Assembly (NCBI GenBank): GCA_963662335.2
Contig: CAXXVD010000002.1
Coordinates: 96,001-160,000, forward strand
Length of the DNA stretch: 64,000 nucleotides
Source: Chloroflexota bacterium
GTDB taxonomy: Bacteria > Chloroflexota > UBA11872 > VXOZ01
Reading direction: 5' to 3'
The notes below the pieces were generated by a model, which saw nothing but the letters and a program-made list of their open reading frames with translations, was not told the DNA's origin and made no database searches. Positions 48,324 through 58,625 of this stretch are shown here, one piece after another. The translations under genes were made by a program, and so were the position numbers. Every line of letters begins with the position of its first letter. Position 1 is the stretch's first letter.

Positions 48324-49454
48324 ATGTCCAGGTATCACGAACGCTACGGCCTGACGCCAATCATCAACACCGCCGGCACGCAGACCACGCTCGGCGCGTC
48401 GGCGGTGCCGCCGGCAGTGGTGGCGCGGGTGGTGGAAGCCGCGCCGGAGTTCGCCCGCATGACCGAGTTGCTGGCCGCCGCCGACGCGGCCATTGCCCAC
48501 GCCACCGGCGCGGAGGCCGGCACCGTGACCCATTGCGCCGCTTCCGCCATCACCGTGCTCTGCGCCGGCGCCATGACCGGCGCGCACTTGGGCAAAGTGC
48601 TGGCCCTGCCCGACACCAGCCGCATGAACAACGAGGTTATCATCCAGAAGCGCCACACGGTCGGCTTTGGCGCGCCGGTGACGCAAATGATCCATCTCAG
48701 CGGCGCGAAGTCCGTAGAGTTTGGCGAGGCCAACCGCGCCTTGCCCGAACAGATGGAGTACGCCATCACCGACCATACCGCCGCCGCGCTCTACGTGGTC
48801 TCCCACATGACCGCCGCCAGCGGCCAACTCTCCTTACCGGCCTTTGCCGAGATTGCCCACCGCCACAACATCCCCGTCATCGTCGACGCCGCGGCCGGGG
48901 CCTTGTTCGCGCACCGCTTGCTGGCGGAGGGCGCGGACGCGGTCTGCTTCAGCGGCCACAAGCACCTGTGCGGCTTCACGTCGGGCGTGATTGCCGGCAA
49001 GCGCGACCTGGTGGAAGCCGCCGCCCTGAACGGCAAGGGCATCGGCCGCGCCATGAAGCCTTCCAAAGAGGGCGTGGTGAGCGTCATCGAGCGCATGGAG
49101 TGGCTGGCGGACCTTGACTACGCCGCCTGGGAAGCCGAGCAGAACGCCAAGGTGGACGTGATGGTGGCGGCGCTCCAGGACATCCCCGGCGCGAACGTCT
49201 TTGCCGAGCGCGACCTGACCGGCAACCCGCAGACCCGCACCAAGATCGTAGTCGACCCGGCAGCCGCGGGCCTGGACGCCGTTGCCGTCTGCCAGGCGCT
49301 GGAAGCCGGCAACCCGCCCATCTACACTCGCGACCACTACGCCGAAGAGGGCTTCCTCTTCATCGACCCGATCACCCTGCGCCCGGAGGACGTGCCCGCC
49401 GTAATCGCCCGCCTGCAAGAGATCCTGCAGCCGGTCGGCGCGGCGGCGCGCTAG
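48324..49454 (+). CDS. SelA-like PLP-dependent enzyme (DgaE family)
   Basis: 'PIINTAGTQTTLGAS', 'VIVDAAA', 'FSGHK' PLP lysine, 'GIGRAMK'. Confidence 0.8.
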   Translation: MSRYHERYGLTPIINTAGTQTTLGASAVPPAVVARVVEAAPEFARMTELLAAADAAIAHATGAEAGTVTHCAASAITVLCAGAMTGAHLGKVLALPDTSRMNNEVIIQKRHTVGFGAPVTQMIHLSGAKSVEFGEANRALPEQMEYAITDHTAAALYVVSHMTAASGQLSLPAFAEIAHRHNIPVIVDAAAGALFAHRLLAEGADAVCFSGHKHLCGFTSGVIAGKRDLVEAAALNGKGIGRAMKPSKEGVVSVIERMEWLADLDYAAWEAEQNAKVDVMVAALQDIPGANVFAERDLTGNPQTRTKIVVDPAAAGLDAVAVCQALEAGNPPIYTRDHYAEEGFLFIDPITLRPEDVPAVIARLQEILQPVGAAAR

Positions 49455-49776
49455 TGGCGGTGGGACTCGGCCATTGGTGTCGCACGAATGTGGATGCGTA
49501 ACGCGAGAATCCCTTTGAACAGTCTATCGAAAGGTGTAGGGGCGCGACACGTCGCGCCCCTACACCTTTCGATAGAATACGTGATGAAGTTCCCCTAGCG
49601 CCCGCACCTCTCTCGCGCTCTGGTCGGGGGGAAGCCCGAGCGCTACGATTGGCAGCAAAGCCGGATGTCTGCGGCACACAGCGGCCTTGCCCAGTTAGCC
49701 GCCAAGTGAAAAGCGATACCTCGCCCCGGGTATGGAGCGGGGTGTCTCCCGCTTACTCTAGCGCAGCCTCGCAGGC

Positions 49777-51465
49777 TTACTGCTCCGACTCGGGCACGGA
49801 TGGCTCAACGTCGAAGTAGGCCGACATGAAGATCAGCCCATCGTGGCGCACCAACCACGTGTGCGCTACGTAGTTTTGCGAGCCAAAGAGACCGGGATAG
49901 GGGAAGTGAAGCCATATTCCTTCTTCGGTCGCGGTCAAGAATTGTGGGCCTACCTCTTCCCCAGCGAAGTCCGGAAAGTTCAGTGCGGCGGCCGGCACTC
50001 CCGCCAGCCCCCCCTCGGTGGGGGGAGCGAATATGCCGTTCTCATCGATCAACTGCAAGAAGCGCACGCCGTCGGAGTTCGCGGGATCGCTGTAGTACGC
50101 GACCATTGCCTCTCGTCCTTCCTTGTCGTAGAGGTCGATCGCGGCGTGCACAAACGCCTTCGTTTGCGCCGCCACGTCCTCAGGCACCGGATAGAATCCT
50201 GAGGCGAAGATCATGCCGTCGTGGCGGACGGCAAACGAGGACTTGGGCGCGTTCCAGAGCGTTACCGGATGCGGCCACAGATAGTCTATCCAGTGCCCTT
50301 CCTCCGTCGCCCTGGCAATCTCCTTGCCCAGTTCGTAGCCGTTTGCTCCCACCACGTCCTTGATGTCCGTCCCAATCAAGTTCGGCAGCAGCGGGTGGAC
50401 GATATAGATGTCACTCGCATCGGTCACGAAGAGGTACCACTCGCCCTGGAAGGCGGACACGCTGTTGTAGTACGCCTTGAACGCCTCCAGGCCGTCATTC
50501 GTGTAACGCTCGATCGCCTGCCGCACGTAGGTAACGGTGTACTCCCGCGGATCGGCGCCCAGCCACGCCGGCGGCTCCGCATCGTCGTCGGCGGTGTAGA
50601 AGCCCGTCGCGAAGATCAGCCCGTCGTGGCGGAGGACGAACGTGGACTTGGCCTCTTCCCGGTTGGTGACCGGGTTGGGCCACAGGTATCCCACCCAATG
50701 GCCCTCTTCCGTCGCCTTGGCAATCTCCTTGCCCAATTCGTAGCCATTGGAGCCCACCACGTCTTTGATGTCCGTCCCAATCAGGTGGGGGAAGATGGGA
50801 TGGGCCAGGTAGATGTCGTCCGCGCCGATGAGGAACAGGTAGTACTGGCCGTCCATGCTTTCCCGGCTGTTGTAGCGGGTGATGACGGCGTCCAGCCCCT
50901 CCTTGTCATAGCGCTCGATTGCCGCGGCGACGTAATTCTTCGCGCCTTGTTCGTACTTCTCCAGGATGCCAAAGTGCCCGGCCGAGAATACGAGGCCGTC
51001 GTGCAGCACGACGAGATTGCGCGAAGGCTCGGTGCGGCTATTAAGCGGATTGAGGTTCTGGTACTCAATCCAACTGCCTTCCGGAGTGGCGGCTGCCGCA
51101 ATGCGTTTGAACAGTCTGGCAATCACTTCGGAGGTCGGCCCCTGCGGCCCCACGTTGGATGGGTACTGTATCCACGCCAGGGCCGTGGTTGTTGCCGGAT
51201 CCATGATGAGCATGAAACGCTCGCCTTGCATGCTCTCCAAGCCGCTGTAGTAGGCGACGGTTGCGTCCCGGCCCTCCCGGTCGTAGCGCTCGATGGCCGC
51301 CATGACGTAGGCGCGCGTCAGCGCATCGTCATCATCGGCAACCGCGGGCGCCGGCTCCGGCAACTCCGTTGGCGCCGGCACAACGCTGCAAGCGGACAAG
51401 AAGACCAACACCAGCGCGAGGAATAGGGCTACTCCCCTCCCCACGGCACAAAGTCGGTTATGCAA
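49777..51465 (-). CDS. lipoprotein with four tandem single-Cache domains
   Basis: Lipobox LSAC; four 'YV..AIERYD.EG...AT.EG.W..Y...HDGLIF..G' repeats; TTG start behind GGAGGT. Confidence 0.75.
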   Translation of the reverse strand: MHNRLCAVGRGVALFLALVLVFLSACSVVPAPTELPEPAPAVADDDDALTRAYVMAAIERYDREGRDATVAYYSGLESMQGERFMLIMDPATTTALAWIQYPSNVGPQGPTSEVIARLFKRIAAAATPEGSWIEYQNLNPLNSRTEPSRNLVVLHDGLVFSAGHFGILEKYEQGAKNYVAAAIERYDKEGLDAVITRYNSRESMDGQYYLFLIGADDIYLAHPIFPHLIGTDIKDVVGSNGYELGKEIAKATEEGHWVGYLWPNPVTNREEAKSTFVLRHDGLIFATGFYTADDDAEPPAWLGADPREYTVTYVRQAIERYTNDGLEAFKAYYNSVSAFQGEWYLFVTDASDIYIVHPLLPNLIGTDIKDVVGANGYELGKEIARATEEGHWIDYLWPHPVTLWNAPKSSFAVRHDGMIFASGFYPVPEDVAAQTKAFVHAAIDLYDKEGREAMVAYYSDPANSDGVRFLQLIDENGIFAPPTEGGLAGVPAAALNFPDFAGEEVGPQFLTATEEGIWLHFPYPGLFGSQNYVAHTWLVRHDGLIFMSAYFDVEPSVPESEQ

Positions 51466-51697
51466 CTGTTCTACCTCCGTAAAATGAGTTCGCACCCACA
51501 CAGTGTTCATATGGCCTTTATCTACCACACTGAGACTATTAGCATATGCGAAGCACTGGTGTCAACGCTCTGGCAATTGAACCGCCCTCTCGTAAACGGC
51601 TACACTATCTCCAGCACTCCGCGGCCTGGAGCGGGCGGAGCGCGGCGGTTCTGCGGCCCCGGGGCGGCTTGCGGAATGGGAAGGCAGGCGAACACGA

Positions 51698-52426
51698 ATG
51701 AAGTTGGCCTACAAACTCGGGTTGGGCGTGATGGTGGCCGGCGTCGTCATCGCGGTCACCAGCGGGCTCTTTGGCGGCGCTTTCTACGAAGCGCTCATGT
51801 GGCTCATGACGCTGCTGGACGCGCCTGAAGAGCGCGAGTTCTTGCCCCCGAGCCAACCGGAGAAGGGCGCGCTCATACTCCAGTTGCTCGGCGGGCTCGT
51901 CTTCCTCTGCGGGGCGTGCATCATCAGTATCCGTCTGTTGCTCGGCTTGCTGGCAAACCTGGCGGCCGGCCTGCTGCACGCGGCCGGCCGGCGGGACCTG
52001 GCCGCCAGACTGGGCGGAGGCGGCGCGCCGGGTTGGCTCGGCAAGCTGGCCTGGGTGGCCAAGCTGGGTTTGGCCGCGGCGGCGATTGGGCTCCTCTTCT
52101 TTGTCTTCACCGCCGTGCCGGAACTGCTGCTCTATGAGATCTTCCTCTACGAATACAATGCGCCGGGGATCATGACCACGCTGGATACCCTCTCGCGAGC
52201 CGGCCTCGGCATGTTCTATACCGGCATTGCCCTCCTGGTCTTTGGAAAGCCGCTCCAGTTGGCGCTCATCTTGTTCCTCAGCCTCTGGCTGACGCGGCTT
52301 GGCCTGGTGTTGTTAGCGGTCGCCGGCATTGGCGCGTTGTTGGGGTGGGGAACGCCCTCCGTCATAACGGCGGTGACCGGGGGCGGCGTGTTGGCCGTGG
52401 GAGTCTGGCGCTTCCTGACCGCATAG
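51698..52426 (+). CDS. hypothetical integral membrane protein
   Basis: About 6 TM; internal repeat ('YKLGLGVM'/'AKLGLAAA'). Confidence 0.6.
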   Translation: MKLAYKLGLGVMVAGVVIAVTSGLFGGAFYEALMWLMTLLDAPEEREFLPPSQPEKGALILQLLGGLVFLCGACIISIRLLLGLLANLAAGLLHAAGRRDLAARLGGGGAPGWLGKLAWVAKLGLAAAAIGLLFFVFTAVPELLLYEIFLYEYNAPGIMTTLDTLSRAGLGMFYTGIALLVFGKPLQLALILFLSLWLTRLGLVLLAVAGIGALLGWGTPSVITAVTGGGVLAVGVWRFLTA

Positions 52427-52678
52427 CGAGCCGGGCCTTGACGACGTGTCCCAATGCGCCCACGGTAGGGGCACGGCATGCCGTGCCCCTACCGTGGGCG
52501 CACACCTGCCGTTGCCCGAGGCGCCCGCGTATTCGCTTCCTTGTGCGACCCGAGCAAAGCCACACGAGGGATTGAACGCGTGGGCGGCCGCCCTACCGTC
52601 ATCGTCATGGAATTAGCGCGCCCTTCTTCCATGGCATTGGCGCATTGGCGAAGCCTCGTCCCCTGAACACCGGCAGAA

Positions 52679-54070
52679 TCACCAGCCCCGCTGCACGATC
52701 GCCCACACGGAAAGGGCAACGATTATTGCCACGATGATGAGCACCGTGGCCGCGACGCCCAGCATTACTTTCAAGAAGCCCTTGGCGGCGGCAGCCGGAT
52801 TGCTCGCGCCGGCGCGCACGGCGGAGGCGCTGCCGGTGGCCACCGCCTGGGCGGCGCGCGCTGTGCTGGCCGCGGCGGCGGACCGCGCCGCCGGCGCGGG
52901 GCGGAAGGCTTGCCGGGCGGCGCGCCGGGGACGGGAGGGCGTCGGCGGCTTCTTTGGCGCGGGCAGGCGGACTTGGCGCGGTTGGCGGCGGCCCGTCCCG
53001 GCCGCGGCCGGCTTTGGCCCGGCGGGCTGCGCCCCCGGCCGCGGCGGCGCAGACGCGCGTCCCCCTGCCTGGCGCGGCGCCGCAGAGTGCGGCTTGGCCG
53101 CCGGCGGCATGGTCGTGCGGCGCTTTGCCCGGCGCGGCGCCGGCGAGCGCGGCTTAGCCGCCGGCGCCGCGCTGGGCGGCGTCCCCTGCAGGATGGTCTC
53201 CAGGTCCGGCACCTTGGCCACGTCTGCCAGCCCGCAGTATTCCGCCAGGCGTTTCGTCAATTCCACCACCGCCGGGTCGCCAGACTGCTTCAGTCGCTTG
53301 AATACTTCGGATTTGCCCGGGTCCGCGTAGTCCTTGGCGGTGAAGATCAGGTTGTCGTCGTTGTAGAACGACCAGAGATCGGGCTCGGCGGCCACGGCCA
53401 GCAGGCTCAGATAGACCACCAGCGTGGGAAAGTTGTCCACGTAGTCGTCGTAGTCCGCCGCGGAACGTTGCGGGTGCTGGTAGTTCTTGTGTCCCAACTC
53501 CGGGCTGCGCTCGCCGCGAAACTGGGGCAGGAACATGCCGTCGTAGTCCACCAGGCGGATGTTGCCGTTCGCCTGCACCATCACGTTGCCGTGTTGCAGG
53601 TCGTTGTGGGCGATGCGCAGGCCGCGCAGGCTGGCGGTGGTACCGCCGCGCCACTGGGCGGCCACGCGCCGCAGGGCGTCCGGCTCGTCCAGCTTGGCGT
53701 CGACGAACGCGCTCAATACCGCGCCTTCCACCCACTCCATCTTGACAATCGGATACCAGTCGCCCCTGAGGTTGATGCCCTCTTCCACGTACTCGAAGTG
53801 GACGAAAGACGGCGGCAGGACGTTGATCAGGTAGTCGCTAAGCTGGTTGTAGCGGGTCTGCTGGTCCTTGACCTCGCGGGTGAAGCAGCGCACCGCGTAC
53901 GCGCCGCCGTTGACGGAGACCGGGTAGACGCTGGCGAACGAGCCGGAATAGACCAACGGCATGCCCCGCTGGTTGACGGCCACCGTGCCGCCTTCCAGTT
54001 CGGTGCCCGCGAAGCAGATGCCGGGATTCTGCACCGCCTCGCTGAAGTCGGTTATGCCGGGCCAGGACAT
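52679..54070 (-). CDS. protein kinase-like component of a vWA-PP2C-kinase triad, with Pro/Ala/Arg linker and C-terminal TM
   Basis: 'SGSFASVY', 'AVRCF', 'HNDLQHGN', 'LVDYDG', 'GHKNYQHP'. Confidence 0.85.
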   Translation of the reverse strand: MSWPGITDFSEAVQNPGICFAGTELEGGTVAVNQRGMPLVYSGSFASVYPVSVNGGAYAVRCFTREVKDQQTRYNQLSDYLINVLPPSFVHFEYVEEGINLRGDWYPIVKMEWVEGAVLSAFVDAKLDEPDALRRVAAQWRGGTTASLRGLRIAHNDLQHGNVMVQANGNIRLVDYDGMFLPQFRGERSPELGHKNYQHPQRSAADYDDYVDNFPTLVVYLSLLAVAAEPDLWSFYNDDNLIFTAKDYADPGKSEVFKRLKQSGDPAVVELTKRLAEYCGLADVAKVPDLETILQGTPPSAAPAAKPRSPAPRRAKRRTTMPPAAKPHSAAPRQAGGRASAPPRPGAQPAGPKPAAAGTGRRQPRQVRLPAPKKPPTPSRPRRAARQAFRPAPAARSAAAASTARAAQAVATGSASAVRAGASNPAAAAKGFLKVMLGVAATVLIIVAIIVALSVWAIVQRGW

Positions 54071-54086
54071 GGCTGCGCACCGCCTC

Positions 54087-54866
54087 TCACGCCGCGTTGA
54101 CCGGGATGACGACCAGCGTGGTGTCGTCGTTGCGCATTGCGCCGCCGCGCCGTTGCGCCTGCGCCCAGGCGTCCCACTCCGCTTCGCGCAACGCCAGCAG
54201 AGTCTCCCAGGGCTTTTCGCATGCGGCAGCGCGGGCCAGGAACCAGGCGGCTAGCGCGTCCGAGGCCAGGATGAAGCAATCTCCCGCTTCACAGTCGCCG
54301 CCGCTCCGCCGCACGCTCTGCCACAGTTCGCCGGCGTTGGCCGGGTTGCTGCAAATCAAGTCCGGCGTGTTGTCGAATTGGGCGGCGTCCGCCAGCGGAA
54401 AGGAGACGCGCAAGCGGCCGCCGCGCACGAGGAAGAGGCAGCTATCCCCCACGGCCACGGCCTGCCAGCGGAGCCGGGCGGGGTCGTCCGGCGCCGCGCC
54501 GACGGTCAGCCCCACCAGGCTGGCGAACGCGCCGGCCCGGGCCTTGGCCTCGCCGTGCCAAGGCACCCGCGCCCAGGGCACGGCGGCGTGCCATTCCGCT
54601 TGCGCAACTGACAGCCAGTCAAAGAGGGCATCCTCCGTCAAGCCGCCAATGTCCAGCGGTCGGTCGGCGAAGGCGTCGGTGAGGATGTTCGCCCACTCGC
54701 GGGCAAAGGCCGACTCGCTGGCGCCGTCGGCCACGGCCACCCGCACCGTGCGGCGGCCGGACGCGCCGAGGCGCTGAGGGTAGACCGCCTGGGCGGCGTC
54801 CTCGTACTCGTCCGGCCGGTTGCCGGCCTTGGGCAGCCAGAGCCGCTTGGGGGGTTGAAGGGCCAT
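54087..54866 (-). CDS. PP2C-family protein phosphatase
   Basis: 'YEDA', 'AVADGASES', 'VGDSC', 'LASDA', 'NDDTT'. Confidence 0.85.
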   Translation of the reverse strand: MALQPPKRLWLPKAGNRPDEYEDAAQAVYPQRLGASGRRTVRVAVADGASESAFAREWANILTDAFADRPLDIGGLTEDALFDWLSVAQAEWHAAVPWARVPWHGEAKARAGAFASLVGLTVGAAPDDPARLRWQAVAVGDSCLFLVRGGRLRVSFPLADAAQFDNTPDLICSNPANAGELWQSVRRSGGDCEAGDCFILASDALAAWFLARAAACEKPWETLLALREAEWDAWAQAQRRGGAMRNDDTTLVVIPVNAA

Positions 54867-54884
54867 CTTCACCCTCCAATTGCG

Positions 54885-55742
54885 TTAGTGCAAGTCCGAT
54901 GCGGCGCGGGTGCCAATATCCAGGAACTGCACCAGAGCCACCATGTCGGCGTTGTAGACGTAGCCGCGCGAGCCATCGACCACCGGCAGTTCCATGCTGG
55001 CGGCAAGTTCGCGCACCGGGTCCGGAAAGACCGAAGACATGCGGAACATCGCCGCCGCGTACTCATCGGGAGGCAAGTCGTCCTCCGCGGCCGGGTACTG
55101 CACCGGCGGCGCGGACACCTCGGAGAGGTGCGCGTTGTAGAGCAGCGTGCCGCCGTCATTGGTGCCCAGGGCCATGAGTTCCTGGGCAATGGGTTCCGGA
55201 TCGCCGTCGCTGGCGGCGCCGTCGGAGATGTTGATTACCATCGGGGGATAGGAATCCGGGTGCGCGCCCGTCCACGCGCCCACGGCGGCGGCCGCGGCGG
55301 CGAGCGCCGCGCACATAGGCGTGCCGTACTCGGCAGTGGGCCGCAGCCACACCGGAAACTTGCGATTGACCTCGATGATGCCGCCGGCTCCGTCGGACTC
55401 CTTCACCTGCCGCTCCTCCACGTCGGCGGCCTCGACCACCTGGCTGACAGTCAGAAAGGGCTGCGCCACGGCGGTATCGGGGAACACGGTTCCCAGCGTC
55501 GGTTCGCCCGTGCTGTCGGTGGTGTAGGTGATGATGCCAATGTCGAAGTAGTCGCGGATGTCCATGCCCTGGGAGCAGCGCTGGGAAACGGCGTCCAGAA
55601 TGCGGTTGATGGCATCCGCCGCGCCGTGCATCTTCTGCAGACCGGGCTGTCCGCCCAGCGCGCCGTTCATGGAAGCCGATTGGTCGAGCAGGAAGAGGAA
55701 GCAGCCGGGGTTGTTGCGGCTGATGTCCGCCGTGTAGGGCAT
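54885..55742 (-). CDS. vWA domain protein (TerY-like)
   Basis: MIDAS 'DQSAS', 'GTPM', 'ISDG'. Confidence 0.85.
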   Translation of the reverse strand: MPYTADISRNNPGCFLFLLDQSASMNGALGGQPGLQKMHGAADAINRILDAVSQRCSQGMDIRDYFDIGIITYTTDSTGEPTLGTVFPDTAVAQPFLTVSQVVEAADVEERQVKESDGAGGIIEVNRKFPVWLRPTAEYGTPMCAALAAAAAAVGAWTGAHPDSYPPMVINISDGAASDGDPEPIAQELMALGTNDGGTLLYNAHLSEVSAPPVQYPAAEDDLPPDEYAAAMFRMSSVFPDPVRELAASMELPVVDGSRGYVYNADMVALVQFLDIGTRAASDLH

Positions 55743-56133
55743 GGTGACGACTCCTTGTCGCAGTTAGTGGAAAAGGGCGCCGCGCGGGCTTGTAGTTGAT
55801 ATACCACAGGATGCGCGTTGCGGGCAATCGGAAATAGCCAACTCAGGCTTACGGTCTTTGCGAGGCGGCAATGCCTGTCATTCCGAGCGCAGCGAGGAAT
55901 CTCCGAGTGTTCCCGACGCTAGACTCTTCGTCGCGGAGTTTATCCTGAGCTTGCCGAAGGGCTCCTCAGAGTGACAGTTGGGAGTTGGTTCAGACCTAGG
56001 GAGGATAGAGCACCTTGGACGAACAGGCGCCTTGGAAGATCAGGCGCCTTGACTCTAGCCGCTCCAAGCCCAAGAAACCATCACTTGCGAAGTAAGCGGC
56101 CGCGCGGCGTTCGGCCTGCCGCCGGGCAGCCCA

Positions 56134-57027
56134 TCAGCGTCGCGCGCGTTCCTCGTCGCCAAGGAGCGCGGCGAGCGAGGTCTCCAGGGCGCTGGCGATG
56201 CGCACCGCCGCGTCGATGGTGATATTCTGCTTGCCCTTTTCCACGGTGCTCAGGTAGGCGCGGTCCAGGCCGGCCTTGGCGGCCAGCGTCTGCTGGCTCC
56301 AGCCTCGTTCTTTGCGCAGGCGCTGCACGCGCTGTCCCAACACGCTCAGATGGTCGGCCACGGTGCGTTGCTCCTCACCCAGGTTGAGGCAGCGGTTCGC
56401 GTGGCGGATGGCCTCCAAGGGGTCGCAAGAGACGAGGTCCGCCGGGATCTCGGCGCGGGCCGCGGGCGATTCCAGGCAGCCGCCGCCCACGAACACCAGC
56501 GGCGGATTGGGGAGCGCTTTGAGAATGGCGGCGGCGTCTTGCGCCACCGGCACCCGGTCCGGGCGCGCCAGCGAGAGGATGACCAGGTCCGGCCGGCGCT
56601 CCCGCACCCACGCCACCAGGTCGCGGGTGGGCGTATTCTGTCCCAGGTAGGCCACGTCCCAGCCTTCCATATAGAAGAGGTCGGCGATGAGGCGCGCGCC
56701 CACGGCGTGCATCTCGCCTTCCACCGCGGTAATCACGGCTTCGGCGCCGACGCGCTCGCGCCGCCGCGCCAGGCCCCGGACGGCGGCGCTCTGCTGCAAG
56801 GTGATTTGGATCGCCAGGTGTTCCACGGCGACGTTCAGTTTACCCCGCCGCCAGGCGTCGCCAATCGCCGCCAAGGCCGGCGTGAGCACCTCCACGTAGA
56901 CCGTCACCGGCTCCAGGCCCCGCTCGATCGCGTCCCGCACCACGCGGGCAGCCTCTTCATGGTCGCCGGCGAACAGGGTGGCGGTGTACCGCTCTCTCAG
57001 GGTTTCTACCTCTTGACTGGCTGGCAT
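56134..57027 (-). CDS. cobalamin-binding (CarH-type) domain fused to a C-terminal XRE HTH
   Basis: W-x9-EH ('[12 protein letters not shown]'), 'EMHAVG', 'YLGQNTP'; C-terminal '[28 protein letters not shown]'. Confidence 0.85.
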   Translation of the reverse strand: MPASQEVETLRERYTATLFAGDHEEAARVVRDAIERGLEPVTVYVEVLTPALAAIGDAWRRGKLNVAVEHLAIQITLQQSAAVRGLARRRERVGAEAVITAVEGEMHAVGARLIADLFYMEGWDVAYLGQNTPTRDLVAWVRERRPDLVILSLARPDRVPVAQDAAAILKALPNPPLVFVGGGCLESPAARAEIPADLVSCDPLEAIRHANRCLNLGEEQRTVADHLSVLGQRVQRLRKERGWSQQTLAAKAGLDRAYLSTVEKGKQNITIDAAVRIASALETSLAALLGDEERARR

Positions 57028-57070
57028 CGGCGCCTCGCAAAAATCCGCCCGGAAAAGTTGTTGAATATAG

Positions 57071-57148
57071 TTGACACTCTGTTGGGCATATTATATACTG
57101 GCTTTGTTGGAGATATGCCGCACCCGGGTAAGCATATGCTAGGCATAT
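57071..57148 (+). promoter_or_regulatory. fasciclin-gene promoter with repeated GCATAT boxes
   Basis: TTGACA(57071)-N17-TATACT(57094); GGCATAT 57085, ATATGCC 57113, AGCATATGCT 57131, GGCATAT 57142. Confidence 0.6.
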
Positions 57149-57189
57149 CACGCAGATTCGTCAAGGAACCTGAGCAAAAGGAGAAAGAA

Positions 57190-58182
57190 ATGCTTAGGAA
57201 ATTGGCTCAAGCCGCCGGCGGGGGGACGAGCGCCTGGCGGCGCCTGCTCCGCAATGCCGGCATCGTGGCCGTGTCCGGGCTTCTGCTGGCGCTGCTGGCC
57301 GCCTGCGGCACGGCTGACGAGGCCGCGCCGGAACCGGAAGCGCCGGGAACGATCGTCGACATCGCCGCCGGCGACGGCAGGTTTACGACTCTGGTCGCCG
57401 CTCTCCAGGCCGCAGACCTGGTGGAGACGTTGCAGGGCGACGGGCCGTTCACGGTCTTCGCGCCCACGGACGACGCCTTTGCCAAGCTGCCCGAGGGCAC
57501 GGTGGCGGCGCTCCTGGAGGACGCGCCCGCCCTCACTAACATTCTCTTGTACCACGTGGTTGCCGGCAACGTGATGGCCGCCGACGTGGTCAAGCTGGAC
57601 GCGGCCACCACCGCGCAAGGCGAGGCGGTAACGATTACGGTTGACGGCGACACGGTGCGTATCAACGACGCGCAGGTCATCATCACCGACATCGTGGCAT
57701 CCAACGGCGTGATCCACGTCATCGACACCGTGCTGCTGCCGCCCGCGCCTGCGGCTGAGCCGGCAGCGCCGGCCGCCACCATCGTCGACATTGCCGTCGG
57801 CGACGGCAGGTTCACCACCCTGGTAGCGGCGCTGCAAGCCGCCGACCTGGTGGAGACGTTGCAGGGTGACGGGCCGTTCACGGTCTTCGCGCCCACGGAC
57901 GACGCCTTTGCCAAGCTGCCCGAGGGCACGGTGGCGGCGCTGTTGGAGGATGTTCCCACCCTCACCGGCATCCTGCTCTACCACGTAGTCGCCGGTAACG
58001 TGATGGCGGCGGACGTGGTCAAGCTGGACGCGGCCACCACCGTGCAAGGGAGCGACGTAGCGATTACGGTTGACGGCGACACGGTGCGCATCAACGACGC
58101 GCAGGTCGTCATCACCGACATCCAGGCCGCCAACGGCGTCATCCACGTGATCGACGCCGTCCTGCTGCCGCCGGCGGAATAG
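57190..58182 (+). CDS. fasciclin (FAS1) tandem-domain lipoprotein
   Basis: Lipobox LAAC; two '[11 protein letters not shown]...LLYHVV...NGVIHVID' domains. Confidence 0.92.
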   Translation: MLRKLAQAAGGGTSAWRRLLRNAGIVAVSGLLLALLAACGTADEAAPEPEAPGTIVDIAAGDGRFTTLVAALQAADLVETLQGDGPFTVFAPTDDAFAKLPEGTVAALLEDAPALTNILLYHVVAGNVMAADVVKLDAATTAQGEAVTITVDGDTVRINDAQVIITDIVASNGVIHVIDTVLLPPAPAAEPAAPAATIVDIAVGDGRFTTLVAALQAADLVETLQGDGPFTVFAPTDDAFAKLPEGTVAALLEDVPTLTGILLYHVVAGNVMAADVVKLDAATTVQGSDVAITVDGDTVRINDAQVVITDIQAANGVIHVIDAVLLPPAE

Positions 58183-58346
58183 GCGTACGCGGGACTGCGC
58201 TGCGCACCGCCGAGCCGCGCTTGGCAGGGCACTAGCCTGCGTTTGGCGGCGCGGCCGCCCCGCTGCCCGCGCCGATGAGAGCGCAATTCAGCACACGTCC
58301 ACGCTCGCTCTCATCCGCGCGGCGGGCAGCGCGCCGTATTCGCTTG

Positions 58347-58366
58347 ACTTGACACTCGTGTCAAGT
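58347..58366. promoter_or_regulatory. perfect palindrome containing a -35 hexamer upstream of the DUF378 gene
   Basis: ACTTGACAC-TC-GTGTCAAGT. Confidence 0.45.
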
Positions 58367-58625
58367 ATCTCTACCCTTTAACGGGGAGAGGGTAAGCATC
58401 TGCTATAGCTCTGGTCGTCTCGCAGCAAGAAGGCATCCACCTGCGCCGTTGAAGAAGCCGCCGCTTTGCATTGGCCGGTGTCTGCCGGCGAAGTGTGCGC
58501 ACGCATAGGGAGCGATTGAAAGAGCAGGTGGCGGCGGTCAGCCTTCGCGCGCCGGCCGGGTTGGCGAAAGGAGGAAACAAGGACTCTCAGGGCAATCGTT
58601 GCGTATCGTCCGTAGGAGAAAAGTG

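Noticed and set aside
48324-49454. True selenocysteine synthase SelA
   Set aside because: Short (376 aa), lacks the N-terminal tRNA-binding extension, has no adjacent selB, and its motifs fit the DgaE/SelA-like group.
56350-57189. N-terminal extension of the fasciclin ORF (likewise 7604-7795, 28848-29249, 22037-22387, 59842-60018)
   Set aside because: These overlap other genes, promoters or IS remnants; better RBS-backed or homology-backed starts exist downstream.
58400-58600. Glycine or c-di-AMP riboswitch upstream of DUF378
   Set aside because: Only scattered words (GAAGAAG, ACTCTCAGG); I could not build the conserved helices. An Infernal/Rfam scan would settle it.
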